Positions 1 through 14,384 of a stretch of 64,000 nt of DNA are shown here, piece by piece. Under the pieces are notes generated by a model that did no database searches, was not told the origin of the DNA, and saw only the letters and a list, made by a program, of their open reading frames with translations. The DNA is from Neocallimastix sp. 'constans'. Taxonomy: Eukaryota. The translations under genes were made by a program, and so were the position numbers. The number at the start of each line of letters is the position of its first letter. Within the stretch, counting starts at the first letter, position 1. The DNA lies in contig JBODTK010000012.1 of NCBI GenBank assembly GCA_050613775.1, positions 248,001 through 312,000 on the forward strand. Reading direction: 5' to 3'.

Positions 1-2718
1 TTAATTTATTAAATTCTTCTGTAGTAGAATTTGTCCACCAATTTGATAATTTTCCATTTTTATCAAAATTTTTACCTTCATTATCGAAAGCATGAGTTAT
101 TTCATGACCCATTATAGATCCAATTGCACCATAATTTATGTAACTTGGATTAGTAGAACTAAAAAATGGATCTTTTAAAATACCTGCTGGGAAACAAATC
201 TCACCATTCATTGGTTGATAATAGGCATTTACAGTAAATGGAGTCATTTCCCATGTAGATTTATCTGTTGGTTTATTTATTTCCATTAAAAGCTTACTTA
301 CTTCATGTTTAGATGAATTAATCATATTAGTAAAGAAATCATTATTTACAATTTCTAATCCTTTATACTTTTCATCAAGCTTTATTGGATCCATAATAAA
401 ATCAGGATATCCAATTTTTTGATTTATGGCATCGACTTTTTCAATAGCTAATTTACTTGTTTGTTTATCGATCCATGACATTTTTGGTATTCTTTCTTTT
501 AAAACCTCTCTAATATTTACCAAAAGATCTTCAGCCATTTTTCTACTATTATCATTAAATACTTCATCAATAAAAAATCTACCTAATGCCATACCCATAG
601 AATTATCCACTATATTAACACAATATTCATATCTAGCTGGTTCAGATTCAACACCTATAAATTAATTTAATATTTTATAAAGTTATTATTTATAATTTAA
701 ATCAATTCATTAAAAAAAATAATAATAATATAATTCTTTTCAAATTTTACCATTAAGAAGTTTATCCATAATTTTTAATGGTTCTTTAAATTCATCACTA
801 ATATAATTACCATATGCATTAATTACTATCCTAAAATTAAATAAAAATATTATTTTATTATTTTTTTTTTTTTTTATTTTTTAATTATATTTAAATTAAT
901 AAAATTTATCTAAATTAATTTAAATTTAAATATAAATTATTTTTAGAATTTTACCATTCTGCATAAGTAGCTAATGTTTCAACATCGGTTTCTTTTAGAA
1001 TATTATTTAAGCTTTCAAAATAGGATGGTCCATAAACAAGAATTTGAGAATTTTCATTTACAGTATTTTTCATATTAACTAATCCAAATATTGTTTCGAA
1101 ATATAAAGACCAGTTAATATATGGAAATTTTTCACTCAATGATTGGATATTAAAATTTTGAACTAAAGAAATATCATACATCTGTTCACTTTAAAATATT
1201 GAATTATTAATTTTTAATTAATAATCAAATTAATATATATAAAAAATATTAAATATTAAATATTAAATATTATAAACATATATTTATAAATAAAAATTTA
1301 CTTACGGTGGAATAGCAACATTTACTAATTTCTTTTCTAATTCAACAATAGAATTAGCTAATTTATCAAAATCTCTTGTATCACTTCCACCAAATAATTT
1401 AGTGAAAAAGTTTCCAGAATCTTGATTTTCATCATTGAGAATATTACTAAGCATTCCTTTTATAATTTCTTTATATTTAGTTACCGCTTCTTCTTTTTCA
1501 TAATATTCTTTACTTGGTAAACCCAATTTAGTTTGTTTAAGGAGAATTTCTTTATCAGTAGAATTCCATAAATCAGTCAAAGTATCAATATCAAAAAGAA
1601 TTGGAGCTTTATAAAGTCCTAGTTTAGAAACTAAAGTGGTCAATCCATTTACATCTTTATAGGTATCTTTATTTTTATAAATTTCTAATTGATTTAATAA
1701 ATCAACTAATGGCTTTTTGCCTTTAGATTTGATATTTTGTTCATCCATACAACTATTATATAAACTTTTTAATTGGTTGAAAGTTTTTTCATCTAAATTT
1801 TGTTGCTCCGATGTTGAATTATTAATTCCTTTATATTCTCTTTCAAGAATACTACGTGTAATATTCTAAAAAAAAAAAAAAAAAAAAAAAATATTTAATT
1901 TTTTTATATATTATTAATTAATATTTATAAAGAGATAAAAATAAAATAAATAAGTTTAATATATAAAAAAAAAAAAAAAAAAAATACATTATTAATATTT
2001 AATATTTATAATTTATTATAATTATATTTATTATAAAAAATTTTTTATTATAATTATTAAAATAATACTAACAACATTATCATAATAAATAGAAACAAAC
2101 GATGAAATTGACGGAAGATCATCTGGAATTATAGTTGTTTTCTACAAAAATTTTTATAAAAGAAATTTTAATAATTTATTCAATAATTTTAATATTAAAA
2201 ATATCATTATTTATTAATTTTTTATGATACACTTTACCAAATAATTACCACATGCAAATTCATAAAAATCATCACATGGATCAACCTCTTCATTCATATA
2301 CTTCAAAATTCTTTCAGAAGTAGCGACACATTCAGGGGTAGAACAAACCTAATATTATTTATTTTATATAAAAATTTTTAAAAATTAATATTTAACAATT
2401 AGAATTAATTATTAATGCATATATAATTATTAAAATATTTTTATAGATATACATTATCATTATCTTCTTCATTCTTCATAGACTTTCCTATAAATTTTTT
2501 AAAAATAAATTAAATATATTAATCTTTAAAACTCATATATTCTCAAATCTATACCCTCAAATTTTTATATATATATGATTTTAAAAGTATTTATTATTGT
2601 TTTCAAATGAAAGGCATTATAAATTACCGAAGAACAAATCATCAAAGACTGATGATGATGATACCATTAATGAAAGAGAAATGAACGAAAGTATGACATG
2701 AATATTTTTATAATTCAT
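1..2718 (-). CDS. Secreted M13-family (neprilysin/ECE-like) zinc metalloendopeptidase, 3' end beyond the window
   Basis: Exons read manually, all GT-AG and frame-consistent: 2718-2628, 2487-2453, 2348-2238, 2141-2073, 1865-1306, 1188-955, 830-751, 654-<1. Signal-like N-terminus MNYKNIHVILSFISLSLMVSSS; M13 motifs CSTPEC..VDPCDDFYEFACG, VNAYY, FPAGIL and GHEITHAFD (HExxH, about 83-109). Confidence 0.93.
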
Positions 2719-2953
2719 TTTTGAAATATCTAATTTTAAATATTATTAAACATATATATATATTATTAATAAAATATTAAATAATTATTTTATATAAATA
2801 CTATATATAGTATAATAATTATTACCTTCAAGTAATTTTTAAAAAATTTGTTTATATAAATATAAAATATATATTAATCGTTTTGTTTTGTTTTTTTGTT
2901 TTTTGTTTTTTAAGGTCTCAAAAAATGGTTCATACATCTTTTATTTATACTTT

Positions 2954-2984
<31 letters not shown>

Positions 2985-3206
2985 ATTAGTATTAACGGCT
3001 CATAATTTCATTTATTAAAAAATATTTATTATATATTAGAATATGAATATAATATATTTTATTAAATATATAATAATAATCTTTTTAATTTGTTTGATAT
3101 TAATTAAAGTTTGAATATTTCATTTAATATCATAGATGTATAGATGTATATATAAATTATTCATAATTTAAAGTATTGGCATCTTTTTTTTTTTTTTTTT
3201 TTTTTC

Positions 3207-3262
3207 TTTAATAATCATTTAAAATATTAAAAATATTATTAATATTTTAAATGATTATTAAA
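3207..3262. repeat. Perfect 24-bp inverted repeat with 8-nt loop
   Basis: tttaataatcatttaaaatattaa (3207-3230) is the exact reverse complement of 3239-3262. Confidence 0.85.
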
Positions 3263-3423
3263 AAATATATATAGTTTTAATTATTCCCAAAACTAATACA
3301 AAAAAAATTCAATAGAATTAAAAAAAAAAAAAAAATAAAAATAAACTTTTATTTTAAAAAAAAAAATAAATTAATTTTTATTTATTTATTATTTTTTTAA
3401 TTAATTTATTAAATATAAAATTG

Positions 3424-4290
3424 ATATGAAATGAAAATAAAAACCTTAATTATTAATAAATTATTTTATTGATAATTACATAAAAATAAATCAATTAATC
3501 ACTTGATTAATTATCATATGATTTATAAAATGATCCAGAAATAACGTGATATAAGATAAATTTATGCAACATCATAAATTCTATTAAATACATAAAATCA
3601 ATGTAAAATAAAATTTATATCATAAATTTTATGTTATGTAAATAATTTATAAATTAATTAAGTTTTATTTTTTTTCATCTTAATTATTTTTTTTCATCTT
3701 AATTATTTTTATTATATTTTTATTATATTTTTATATGTTCTAATTATTATAAATATTTTATTATTTATATTATACTTTTTATAATATTTAACTAAATATT
3801 TATTTCTTATTATTTTTAAATAGTTTATAATTAAAGATAACTATATAAAGAATACATTTTTTTATATGAAATGAAAATAAAAACCTTAATTATTAATAAA
3901 TTATTTTATTAATAATTACATAAAAATAAAAATAAATCAATTAATCACTTGATTAATTATCATATGATTTATAAAATGATCCATAAATAACGTGATATAA
4001 GATAAATTTATGCAACATCATAAATTCTATTAAATACATAAAATTATTGTAAAATAAAATTTATATCATAAATTTTATGTTATGTAAATAATTTATAAAT
4101 TAATCAAGTTTTATTTTTTTTCATCTTAATTATTTTTATTATATTTTTATTATATTTTTATATGTTCTAATTATTATAAATATTTTATTATTTATATTAT
4201 ACTTTTTATAATATTTAACTAAATATTTAATTCTTATTATTTTTAAATAGTTTATAATTAAAGAAAATTATATAAAGAATACATTTTTTT
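3424..4290. repeat. Tandem duplication, about 440-bp unit x2
   Basis: atatgaaatgaaaataaaaaccttaattattaataaa... starts at 3424 and again at 3864, near-identical throughout. Confidence 0.9.
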
Positions 4291-4552
4291 ATATGTTAAT
4301 TCTTTGCAATTCAAGTATTTAAAATTATAATAATAAAAATTGCCAAAATAAATATATTTTATTAGTAAAATTAGTTTAGTAATATTTAATATGAATTTAT
4401 AAAAATTATTAGTTATTTAAATAAATTTAAATTATAAAATAAATAAATAAATATTTAATAAATAAATAAATAAAATTATATTATATTAATAAATTTCAAA
4501 ATAAATTATATAACTTCTCCCAGTAAGAGACTGAACCAAGGTGTACTTTATC

Positions 4553-4594
4553 AAAATATAAAAAGAAATTTTACATCATAAAATTTATAAAAGG

Positions 4595-4627
<33 letters not shown>

Positions 4628-4751
4628 AAAAAAGAACGAAAAAAAATTAAATTTAAAAAAATTTTTTTTTTTTTTTTATTTTTTTTTTTTTAATTAATTT
4701 ATTAAATATAAAATATAAAAAGAAATTTTACATCATAAAATTTATAAAAGG

Positions 4752-4783
<32 letters not shown>

Positions 4784-4907
4784 AAAAAAGAATGAAAAAA
4801 AAATTAAATTTAAAAAATTTTTTTTTTTTTTTTTATTTTTTTTTTTTAATTAATTTATTAAATATAAAATATAAAAAGAAATTTTACATCATAAAATTTA
4901 TAAAAGG

Positions 4908-4941
<34 letters not shown>

Positions 4942-5115
4942 AAAAAAGAACGAAAAAAAATTAAATTTAAAAAAATTTTTTTCTTTTTTTTTATTTTTTT
5001 TTTTAATTAATTTATTAAATATAAAATATAAAAAGAAATTTTACATCATAAAATTTATAAAAGGAAAAAAAAAAAAAAAAAAAAAGAAAAAAAGAATGAA
5101 AAAAAAATTAAATTT
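4553..5115. repeat. Tandem repeat, about 157-bp unit x about 3.5, containing poly-A and poly-T runs
   Basis: aaaatataaaaagaaattttacatcataaaatttataaaagg recurs near 4553, 4710, 4866 and 5023. Confidence 0.88.
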
Positions 5116-5247
5116 ACAAAAAATTGGAATAAAGAGTCAATTTTAATTTATACATTTTTTACAAAATTAGAATGATCTTCGAATTAGAGTTTATGTTAAT
5201 TAATACGATTAATACGAAATATTAATTATTATTTACCATATATGGTG

Positions 5248-5325
5248 GAGAGTCTCATTTCACCAAGTGGCATATTATTAAAATTCAATTTTTCCTAATA
5301 CGCCATATGGTGAAATGTAACTCTC
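5248..5325. mobile_element. Mini MITE / MULE-like TIR hairpin
   Basis: gagagtctcatttcaccaagtggc pairs imperfectly with gccatatggtgaaatgtaactctc. It carries the same CATTTC/GAAATG and GTGGC/GCCAC motifs seen at 19628, 20531, 23170-23503 and 36786-38050. Confidence 0.5.
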
Positions 5326-6757
5326 AATTATTTGTAATATTTAATTATAAAAGTATATTTATAATAATTATTTAATAATCAATACTATTTTAATATTATT
5401 TTTAATATTATTTTTTTTTTTTTTTTTTAATATTTAAACATTTACTTTAAAAAAAATAAATACATCAATTTTAGTAATATTTTAATTTATTTATTTATTT
5501 AATTATAATATTTTTCAATTATCGAAATGCAACATTTTAATAATATGCTATTTGGGGAAATGAATCTTGGCGAAAAACACCACTTTCACAATATAGTATT
5601 ATTTTTGTAAATACAATCCTTTTATTATTATTAACATGATACTTTTATATATATATTTATTTTCTTAATAAAATAAGAAAATTATAAAAAATAAAACTTT
5701 AATAAAATTGATATAATATATTATATTGAAAATATAAATGAAAGCTTTTAATGAATTTTGATATCTTTGATGATGCGAATTGAAATTATTAAAAACATTA
5801 TCATTAATTAAGTTTTTCTATACCGTATTGTATTGGTTAGACGTTGACCTTCTCTTGGTGGTGGAGCGCTTTATAAAGTAGATAATAATATTTTTATGTA
5901 TTTTTTTTTTTTTAAAAAAAAAAAAAAAAATATATTAAATAAATTAAAGATAAGTATAATTAATATAAAGATCTTTGGTCACCAAACTTTTGGAAGTCCT
6001 TAAAACCCAAAATGCAGATAGTAAAAGCATATCCTATTCTTTTTTTTTTTTTTTTTTGTTCCTAAAAGCCTAAGTAATTTCAGGAATTCCCGATTTCTAT
6101 TTTTGGGTTAAATCATTAAAATTCTGGGGGATAAATAACAGTAAATTTTTACATATATTTGTCAAAAAGATTAAGGAGTATTCTTGCATAATCTGATGTA
6201 AATTATACTCCATTATTTGTGGTAATGACATGATGATCCTCATATCTTGTGAAATTTTGGGACAAGAATTTTATAACATCATCTTGATAGTTTTTTCTGA
6301 AGTTCTCTCCGTCTTTAATATATTCTTCTCCATTTAATTTTATAATGTAGCTCTCTAAAAATTTTTTCATAAATTTACCAATTTCCCTATTATCTTCAGT
6401 ATTAGTTTCATTTTTGTTCTTGTTCTATTTCTTTTGTATTTTCATTATTACTTCACTCTTTATGATTTATAGGATGAACTTGATAATTAGTATTGTTAAT
6501 ATATTTATCAACATTATTTTTTAATATTTTATTCATATATAATAATTACATTACTGAAAACTTGGTATAATTGATTTCGCAATTGATGATAACGAAGTCT
6601 TCAAGTGATATGTTATTTATTATATTTTTTATAAGTATCAATGTTTTTTGAATAAGCAAGATAATATTAAATAAAATAATATATTCTAATACGGAAATAT
6701 ACAATAAATATTACACACGTTTTATTAAAACAAAATATAAAGAATTATAGTTTAATC

Positions 6758-6797
<40 letters not shown>

Positions 6798-7313
6798 TTA
6801 TTTATTTATTTATTTATTTATTTTAGTCGTAATTCAAATTTTATAATAAAATATTATTAAAAGTTATATTAATTATTTATTTTTATCCTAATATTATATA
6901 ATTTTTATAAATAAATATATTCCCCGAATATATTCATTTTATTAGTATTAATAATAATTATCCTTAAATTCTAACATATTTTTAACCAAATATTTTAACT
7001 TATATTTTTTTTTTCTATCTCTTTAAAGACTCTCTTTTTAAAAGTTACTATAATTTTTATTTTTTTTTTTTTCAACAATTTTATCAGTTTTAATAATAAA
7101 GGAATTTGTGATAGAATACTTTTCAAATTTGAAAATTAATTTTATATTAAACCTATATCTTATTGTTAATGCTATAAAATCACATGGAATTAATCTGTTT
7201 AAATTTAGGGTAATATTTATTACATATTTATTACATATTTTTTATATTTTTTATTTTATTTTATTTTTATTTTTTTTTTTTTTTGAAGTTAAGAAAAAGA
7301 AATAAAGGTAAAT

Positions 7314-8720
7314 AGATCTAAAAAGGCTAAATATGTGAATTTTCCTTAAAAATTTCTTCTTTGGCAAATTTCTCTTACGGAAATGAATAAACTAAAGCAT
7401 TCTTCACGGTTGCGAAAACCAAAATTGTTCAGGTCTTAATGAAATTGTGTGAAAGTGTGTAAGTTGATATTCATTTTTGTTATATATTTTTTGAAATAAT
7501 TTTCAGTCCAATATTAATGAGAGAGAGAAATACCACGAGAATTACTACAATCTAATAGGGTCATCTTTCTTAGGGATAGATACAATAGAAGCCGAGTTCC
7601 AATTTTTTTTTTTTTTTTTTTTTTTTTTGGAAAGGACCCATTCCAGATTTTTATTAAATATTGATTTAAGGCACTTTCCAGCTGGCAGGATGTTGTTTCT
7701 AGTAATTCTTTATTGCAAAAGAGAGCTCTGTAGAATTCAATCGGGATACCATCGGAGCCGGGTGCTTTGATTATTTTTCATTGATGAAATAATATTTTTT
7801 TTTTTTTTAATATCTTCAATCGTAATTGGACCGTTGATATTCCAAGCAGAGGATCTAAGACGATTATTCCCGTAAAGCATGATTCCAGTAGTTACGATTA
7901 AGGCTGTGACCTTGAGGGATCAGAAGCTAGATCTTTATAATATTCAGCCTATCTATTTAATTGCTTAGTAGGAGAGATAATATCTTGACCAAATTTAGAT
8001 TTAATGCAAGTAAGTGAGGTTGGATGAATAAGATAGTTTAGCCATTTTTTTTTTTTTTTTTTAAACATCTTAATCATTTTTGAAATCTTTATTCAAAAAA
8101 TAATTACAGATTTTTACTATATTAGCCTTATAACTAGCAGAACGAAATTTGCTCTTTGTTTTCTTGATTAATTTGCAAAGTTTTTCATATTTATTAAATT
8201 GTTCAAGGTAATTATCAACATTTTCGCAATTAAAGAAAGGCTTAATGTTTTGAAATGCAATTTGTTTTTCATGAGACAGTTTTTTAATGTAATAAGGACA
8301 ATGAAAAGTAGAGCCTTTTAAATTTGTTGGAATGAAAGCCTTAATAACTTTCCCGATATTATTTACTATATTGATAAAATTTTCTCCCATTTCATCAGCC
8401 GTATTGTAATGAGAATCAAGGACATTTGCTAAGATTGAAAAAATAATTGTGTGGTAAAATATATGAATTTTTTATTTTTGCAACTATGAGTAGACCATTT
8501 AAAAACTTTAGTAGGCCTCCTAAAGCCATCGGAAAGAACTTTGTTGCAAGAAAGAAAAATAGGTTTATGATTGGGAATACCATAAAATGAAGTACAAACC
8601 GATGTCTTATTAATATGAGTTACCAAAAGCCTCATTGTAGATGACATGATCAATGCAAGATGATCTAGTACCTTTGGCATAAGTATATTGATTACCATAT
8701 ATGGAAGTAATATACTAGAA
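7314..8720 (-). mobile_element. Degenerate LINE fragment (end of endonuclease to start of RT), same family as 47190-51271
   Basis: Colinear with about 49275-50620 (NKTSVCTSFYG, KAFIPTNLKGS.FHCPYYIKKLSHEK, KAPxPDGIPIEFY). Has frameshifts, stops and small deletions. Confidence 0.92.
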
Positions 8721-8796
8721 CATGACCTGCTTTCTCTTTATTATTTAATGTACACAAGTGTATGGAAAGAAGAAAAAGAAGGTTTAGCTTTAGCGA

Positions 8797-8827
<31 letters not shown>

Positions 8828-9699
8828 TCTCGACTAACCCCATTGCCATTTTTTTAAGTTTCGGTTTATTTAGTAATTTAGTCATGCTAAAATTACCAAC
8901 AATAACCGAAAGGTTTATCCGGGATGATTGTTGAGCCAGTGAGTAAACATAATTTTCACTTTATCTCCAGACAATTTTCTATCAAAAAAAAAAAAAAAAA
9001 AAAAAGAAAAAGAAAAACATATACATCCTTTGAAGAAAAAAGAAAAAAAAAAAAAAAAATAAAAATAAAAAAATTAATAATAATAATAGAGAGTAAGAAT
9101 AAAAGTAAGAATAAGAATAAGTATAAGAATAAGTATAAGAATAAGAATAAGAGTAAGAATAAGAGTAAGAATATATATATATATGTATATTTTTTTTTTT
9201 TTTTATTATATTTTTATTTTCATTTAATTTTTTTTTTTTTTATTTTTATTTAATTTTTTTATTTATATTTAATTTTTTTATTTATATTTAAATATTTTTA
9301 TTTTTATTTTTATTTTTCTTTTTAATAATAAAATTAAAAAACAAAAAATTTTAAATATATATATTTAAAAGTTTCATTTAATTTAATCCTATTATATTAT
9401 TTTTAATATTATAAATTTTAAATTTTGATAAATATTTAAAATCTAAATTTTAATTTAATTTTTATTTATTTATTTATTTATCTATTTATTTATTTATTTT
9501 GTGATTATTCAAAAAATAAAAATTTGTATATAATAAATTAAAATATATATATAAATATTGTTATTTTTGATTTTTGATTTTTTTTTGTTTTTGATTTATA
9601 AATGTATATTGTTATTTATTTATTTATTTATTTTACTATGGTAATATTTTTATTGTGATTTTTTTTTATTGTTTTTGTTTTATTTTGTTATTATTTACT

Positions 9700-9744
<45 letters not shown>

Positions 9745-9961
9745 TTATTTTTATTTCTATTTTTAAATCTACAATATAATATAAGAGAATTGATAAATTT
9801 TAATACCCATTCGCATCATTGCAGAGTAGATTAAAATAGAGATTGCATTTAATAACACAGAAATGGAAACTACCTTAAAAAAAATTAAGGGGATCACCAC
9901 AACTGTTCGTTATAAACTATTAATAATGATCTTTTTTATATCTTACTGCTAATTATTAGCT

Positions 9962-10414
9962 TTATGAAGAAGTTGGAGTAGCGGTAACTGTTTTAGTTAT
10001 GGTGACTGGACTACTACCATTTCTATTGATACCAAAAATACTTAAATCTGGATAACACTGATGATAGGATGGATCAGCAGTTTCACAATAGTAATACTTT
10101 TCACAACATGTTGGAGCATCTGGGAATTTACTACCACCACATGGCATGTAACCCTTAGCACATTGAGTTGGTACTGGGGCAGCAGTGGTAGTTGGTACTT
10201 CAGTAGTAGTAGTAGTGGTTGTGGTTGTAGTAGTAGTAGTAGTAGTAGTTGTTGTTTCAAGATGTAAACTAGTAACAACATCATCTGGAATACATTCATG
10301 ATATCTTGGATTCATAATAACACAAGTATTACCAGGTTCACAACAAGTTGGTTGATTTGGGAACAATGTACCTCCACACATTTCATAAGCCTTTGCACAA
10401 ACGGTTGGTTCAGG

Positions 10415-10446
<32 letters not shown>

Positions 10447-10571
10447 TGGTGGTAGTGGTGGTAGTAGTGGTCGTTGGAACTTCAGAAGTAGTAGTAGTGG
10501 TAGTAGTGGTAGTAGTGGTCGTTGGAACTTCAGAAGTAGTAGTGGTGGTGGTAGTGGTAGTAACTGGAGCT

Positions 10572-10605
<34 letters not shown>

Positions 10606-12294
10606 AGGTAACAGGTTCAAGAATGACAGGTTCAGCACCAGATAAACTTTCATTACAAGTGTAAGGAATTAAACACCAATTATTACTTTCGACAGCCCAA
10701 TCACCAGTAGAATCAGTATAAGAGGCCTTACAAGTCTTAAGACAACATCTGTACTTATCACCACCATCTGGACAAAGTTGTTTATCCTTAAGACCACAAC
10801 GTTTACCATTTTCCATACCTAACCAAAGATTATTTTCTTTAGAGAACACTTCAGCAGGTTTGGTACTGCTAGATTGACAACAGTCAATACCATACTTTTT
10901 AGACCAACAAAGATCATCACCAATGAGACATAAGTGGCCCTGTTCTCTACCAATTCTACCCTTAGTACTAGATTTCACTTGTTCGGTTAAATCACTGGTA
11001 CAACAAGGATAGTCAGTACCTTGGCAACCACTGTATCTTTCATTATGAGTAATCGATTTAGTTTTGTAGGAAAGACTCTTTAAGTAACCGTCAGCAAAGG
11101 AACAATCAATATTATAGGTAGTACAAGCAAAATTGAATTTTTCAACAATCCATTGTTTTAAACCAAGAATGGTATTTGAATCCTTGATAATATTAGTAGA
11201 ATATCTGGTATGTTTAATGGTAGTGAATTCACTATTAGCAAGGAAATAGTCATAGGTATAATCATCTTCTCCGTGATGAGCGGCTCTTGGTAATCTACCA
11301 GGAAGTTGACCGTTAGCATCTGGAGTACGATCCAACTTAACAGCATCATCAATACTTTCCTTGAGTTCATCAATATGAGGAATTAAAATGACTGGATTGA
11401 AGACGGTCTTCATAAATTCTTCCATATATTTGATAATTTCAGGATTAGATTCAGAGATGTCAAGAACCTTGAAAAGATTATTTTTAGATTTAATATCCTT
11501 ATTAAAGGTTTTCTTGGCATCACCACTACCACCAAGGAAATAATCAAATTGAACGGGGATTGGAACCCACATTTCCTTGTTGTTGTAGGAATGCATGTAG
11601 AGGTAGTCATTTTTAACATTCGAGTAGATAACGGTATAACCTAATAAATACTTTAAAGCTTGCCATTTCATGTATGTTTCAACATCAAAGAATTTTTCTA
11701 ATTCTTCTCTGGTAGTAGCATTATTTATCTTTTCTTGGAAACGTTTGACATTATCACTGGAAGATTGTAAAGCATTCTTACAGCTGGTATAGTCTGGATC
11801 ACAAAAGAATAAATTCTTTGAATTCTTAGCACCGAAGTAGTTTTCAAGCCAATCTGAGTTTAAGAAGTCTCTCATGGTGTATAAACCCATATAGTGATCG
11901 TTGAAGTAAAGTTGAACAAAATTAGCACTAAGTGATGGAATTTGGGCTGCATTCAATATATCATAGACTACTTTTTCTCTTAAGAGAGAGGGATCCCCAT
12001 TTTCAGCACGGAATTGAATATAATTGTTTCCTTCAAGATTACCATCATTAATAGTTACATCATAACTCAATTTTGAATAGAAAGTAGTAGTAGCATCTCC
12101 AAGAACTATATTAACATTTGAAATTTTATCCTTTTTACTATTAAAAAAAAATATGTATATATTTATATATATTTATATATTTTTATATATAATATAATAA
12201 TATAATTTAATTTAATAAAAATAAATATAATAAAATTAATATAAATATAAAATAAATGTATATTTTAAAAAAAATAATTAATCATTCCATATTG

Positions 12295-12331
<37 letters not shown>

Positions 12332-13420
12332 AAAATAAACAGATAGATATATTATATATTATGATTGATTTATTATTAATACAATTATATTAATTTAGGT
12401 ATAGATTTATATATGTCTTATTTAAAAAAATATTATATTTAAATAATTGACTGTTTCCATTTTTAGCATATATATATATTGTTAATATTACGTATTATGT
12501 TTTGTTAAAACTTAATATTTCTCTCAATTTATTTAATTGTTATATTAGGATACTTTTAATATTATATTTTCTAATTAAATTACTTGATTTATATATATAT
12601 ATATATATTCTTATTTATATTTCTTAAAATTATTTTTATCCTTATACATATTCTTCTGAATGAATATTCTATCAATGTTTTTAATAATAGATACAGTCCA
12701 AAATTTAAAAACATATTGAAATATAATTTTTTATTTTTTTATTTTTTTAATTCCAAAAATATATTACCCATTAAAATCAATTTCCATACTGGCATTATTA
12801 ACGTTTAATTTAGGATAAGATACTAATTCATTATCGATGTTGACTAATTTTTCGATTGAAGAATCAGTGTACTTATTGATAATACTTTCAAGTTCAGAAA
12901 CAGAAAGATCAGATTTTTGAATAAGTTTTAAATCATTAGCATCCTTTATGGAACTCTTATCGATTAAATTGGCACTAAATATATTATTTAAAACTTTACT
13001 TGGATTAAACCATGGAGCAGCATAACATTGTTCATCCTTAATAAGATTTAATCTACCAGAATTATATTCACATTGATAAGCTAAGAAAAAGTTATCGAGT
13101 TTAGACTGATCAAAAGAAATAGTAACTTTTGGTACTATATAATCAGAATTTTTAAAGAGTTTAGTTCTTGAATCATTATTACCAAAGAAATTGCTATTAG
13201 CAAACGCAGTACTAATAACTGTATATAAATAGGTTCATATTATAAATTTTTTTTTTATTTTTTTTTTTGAATTATAATAAAATGTAGTATAGTATAATAT
13301 ATATTCATATATAAAATGTTATAATAATAATATAATGAAAATAGGAAATAAAAAAAAAAAAATAATATATATTAATAAATTAAATAATTTTATTTTGTAA
13401 AAAAAAAATAAAATAAAATA

Positions 13421-13451
<31 letters not shown>

Positions 13452-13523
13452 TTTTCATTAATACATAAAGTATTTATTGTATAACTTACATAAAGCTAAA
13501 ATTGAAGTAATTCTCATTCTCAT
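9962..13523 (-). CDS. Secreted CotH kinase-like protein with 3 fungal dockerin (CBM10-like) modules, Thr-rich linkers and 2 CBM1 modules (886 aa spliced)
   Basis: Exons 13523-13490, 13218-12768 and 12137-9962, GT-AG and in frame. Signal MRMRITSILALFISTAFA; CotH motifs DPSLLREKVVY, ANFVQLYFNDHYMGLY, GLKQWI; dockerins (GTDYPCC, CWSKKYGIDCC..WLGMENGKRCG, YRCC..YTDSTGDWAVESNNWC); CBM1 (CGG..F..PTCC...YHEC / YHQC). Confidence 0.92.
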
Positions 13524-14384
13524 TTTGTCTATTATTTTTAAATTAATTTTTAATTTTATTCTATTTTTTATTATTTATTTTAGATATTGTTTTATTTTTT
13601 GTTATTCAATTGAATTTTCTTTTGTTTTTGAGTATCTTTATTTATTTTTTATATTAATTTATCTTTATTTTTTTTTTTTTTGTATTTTTATCAAAGATTA
13701 TAATCTCTTCCTTTTTCTTAAATAATAAATAAAAATAATATATATATTATTAATATCCTTTTTTTTTTTTTTAGTTTTATTTTTATAATTAAAACTATAT
13801 ATAAAATGTATATATATAATTTTTATAATTTTTTTATTATTTTATTATTATTTTTTTTTTTTTTTTTGAATAACCCAAAACAAATAAAATAGAATAAGAA
13901 AAAAAAAAAAAAAAAAGTAAAGAAAAGAAAAGAAAATTTTAATTATTTTTATATATTCCTTTTTTTATAGAAAAAAAAAAAGTAAATTAATAAATTTTTT
14001 TTAATATTAAATAAACTTTTTATTTATATTATTATTTTTTTTTTTTTTTAATTTTTTTTATTTTTTTTTAATTTAATTAGAGAGGAAAAAAAACTTAAAA
14101 ATTATAAAAATTAAACTTTTTTTTTTCCTCTTTCCCTTTTAATCAGCATAAAAACAATCAAATCAATCACAAATTATTTTTCCATTTTTATACAAACTAT
14201 AAAAAATCATGTTAATATTCTATATGTTGTACATTATACTACTTTCTAACTTTATTTATATCTATTTTATTATTTATTATTTATTATTCAATTATTTATT
14301 AATAAAAACTCTTTTTATTATTTACTATTTAATATTTATTAATACATACTCCTTTTATTATTTATTAACAAATATTCTTTTTAT

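Noticed and set aside
5800..6600. Possible gene or LINE ORF1 relic (similar case at 20090-20470)
   Set aside because: Higher complexity but no sustained frame or motif I can support.
4792..9253. Poly-Lys/Phe ORFs (4792-5010, 7108-7305, 8924-9253; also 13477-13725, 18323-18514, 19953-20150, 22161-22385)
   Set aside because: Arise from homopolymer runs and AT-rich low complexity.
10042..11619. Overlapping or antisense ORFs in the CotH gene; likewise 52390-53073, 61016-62143, 28010-28396, 29648-29857, 31394-31841, 47369-47815 and 426-665
   Set aside because: Shadow frames of real genes, mostly over Thr or Asn codon repeats.
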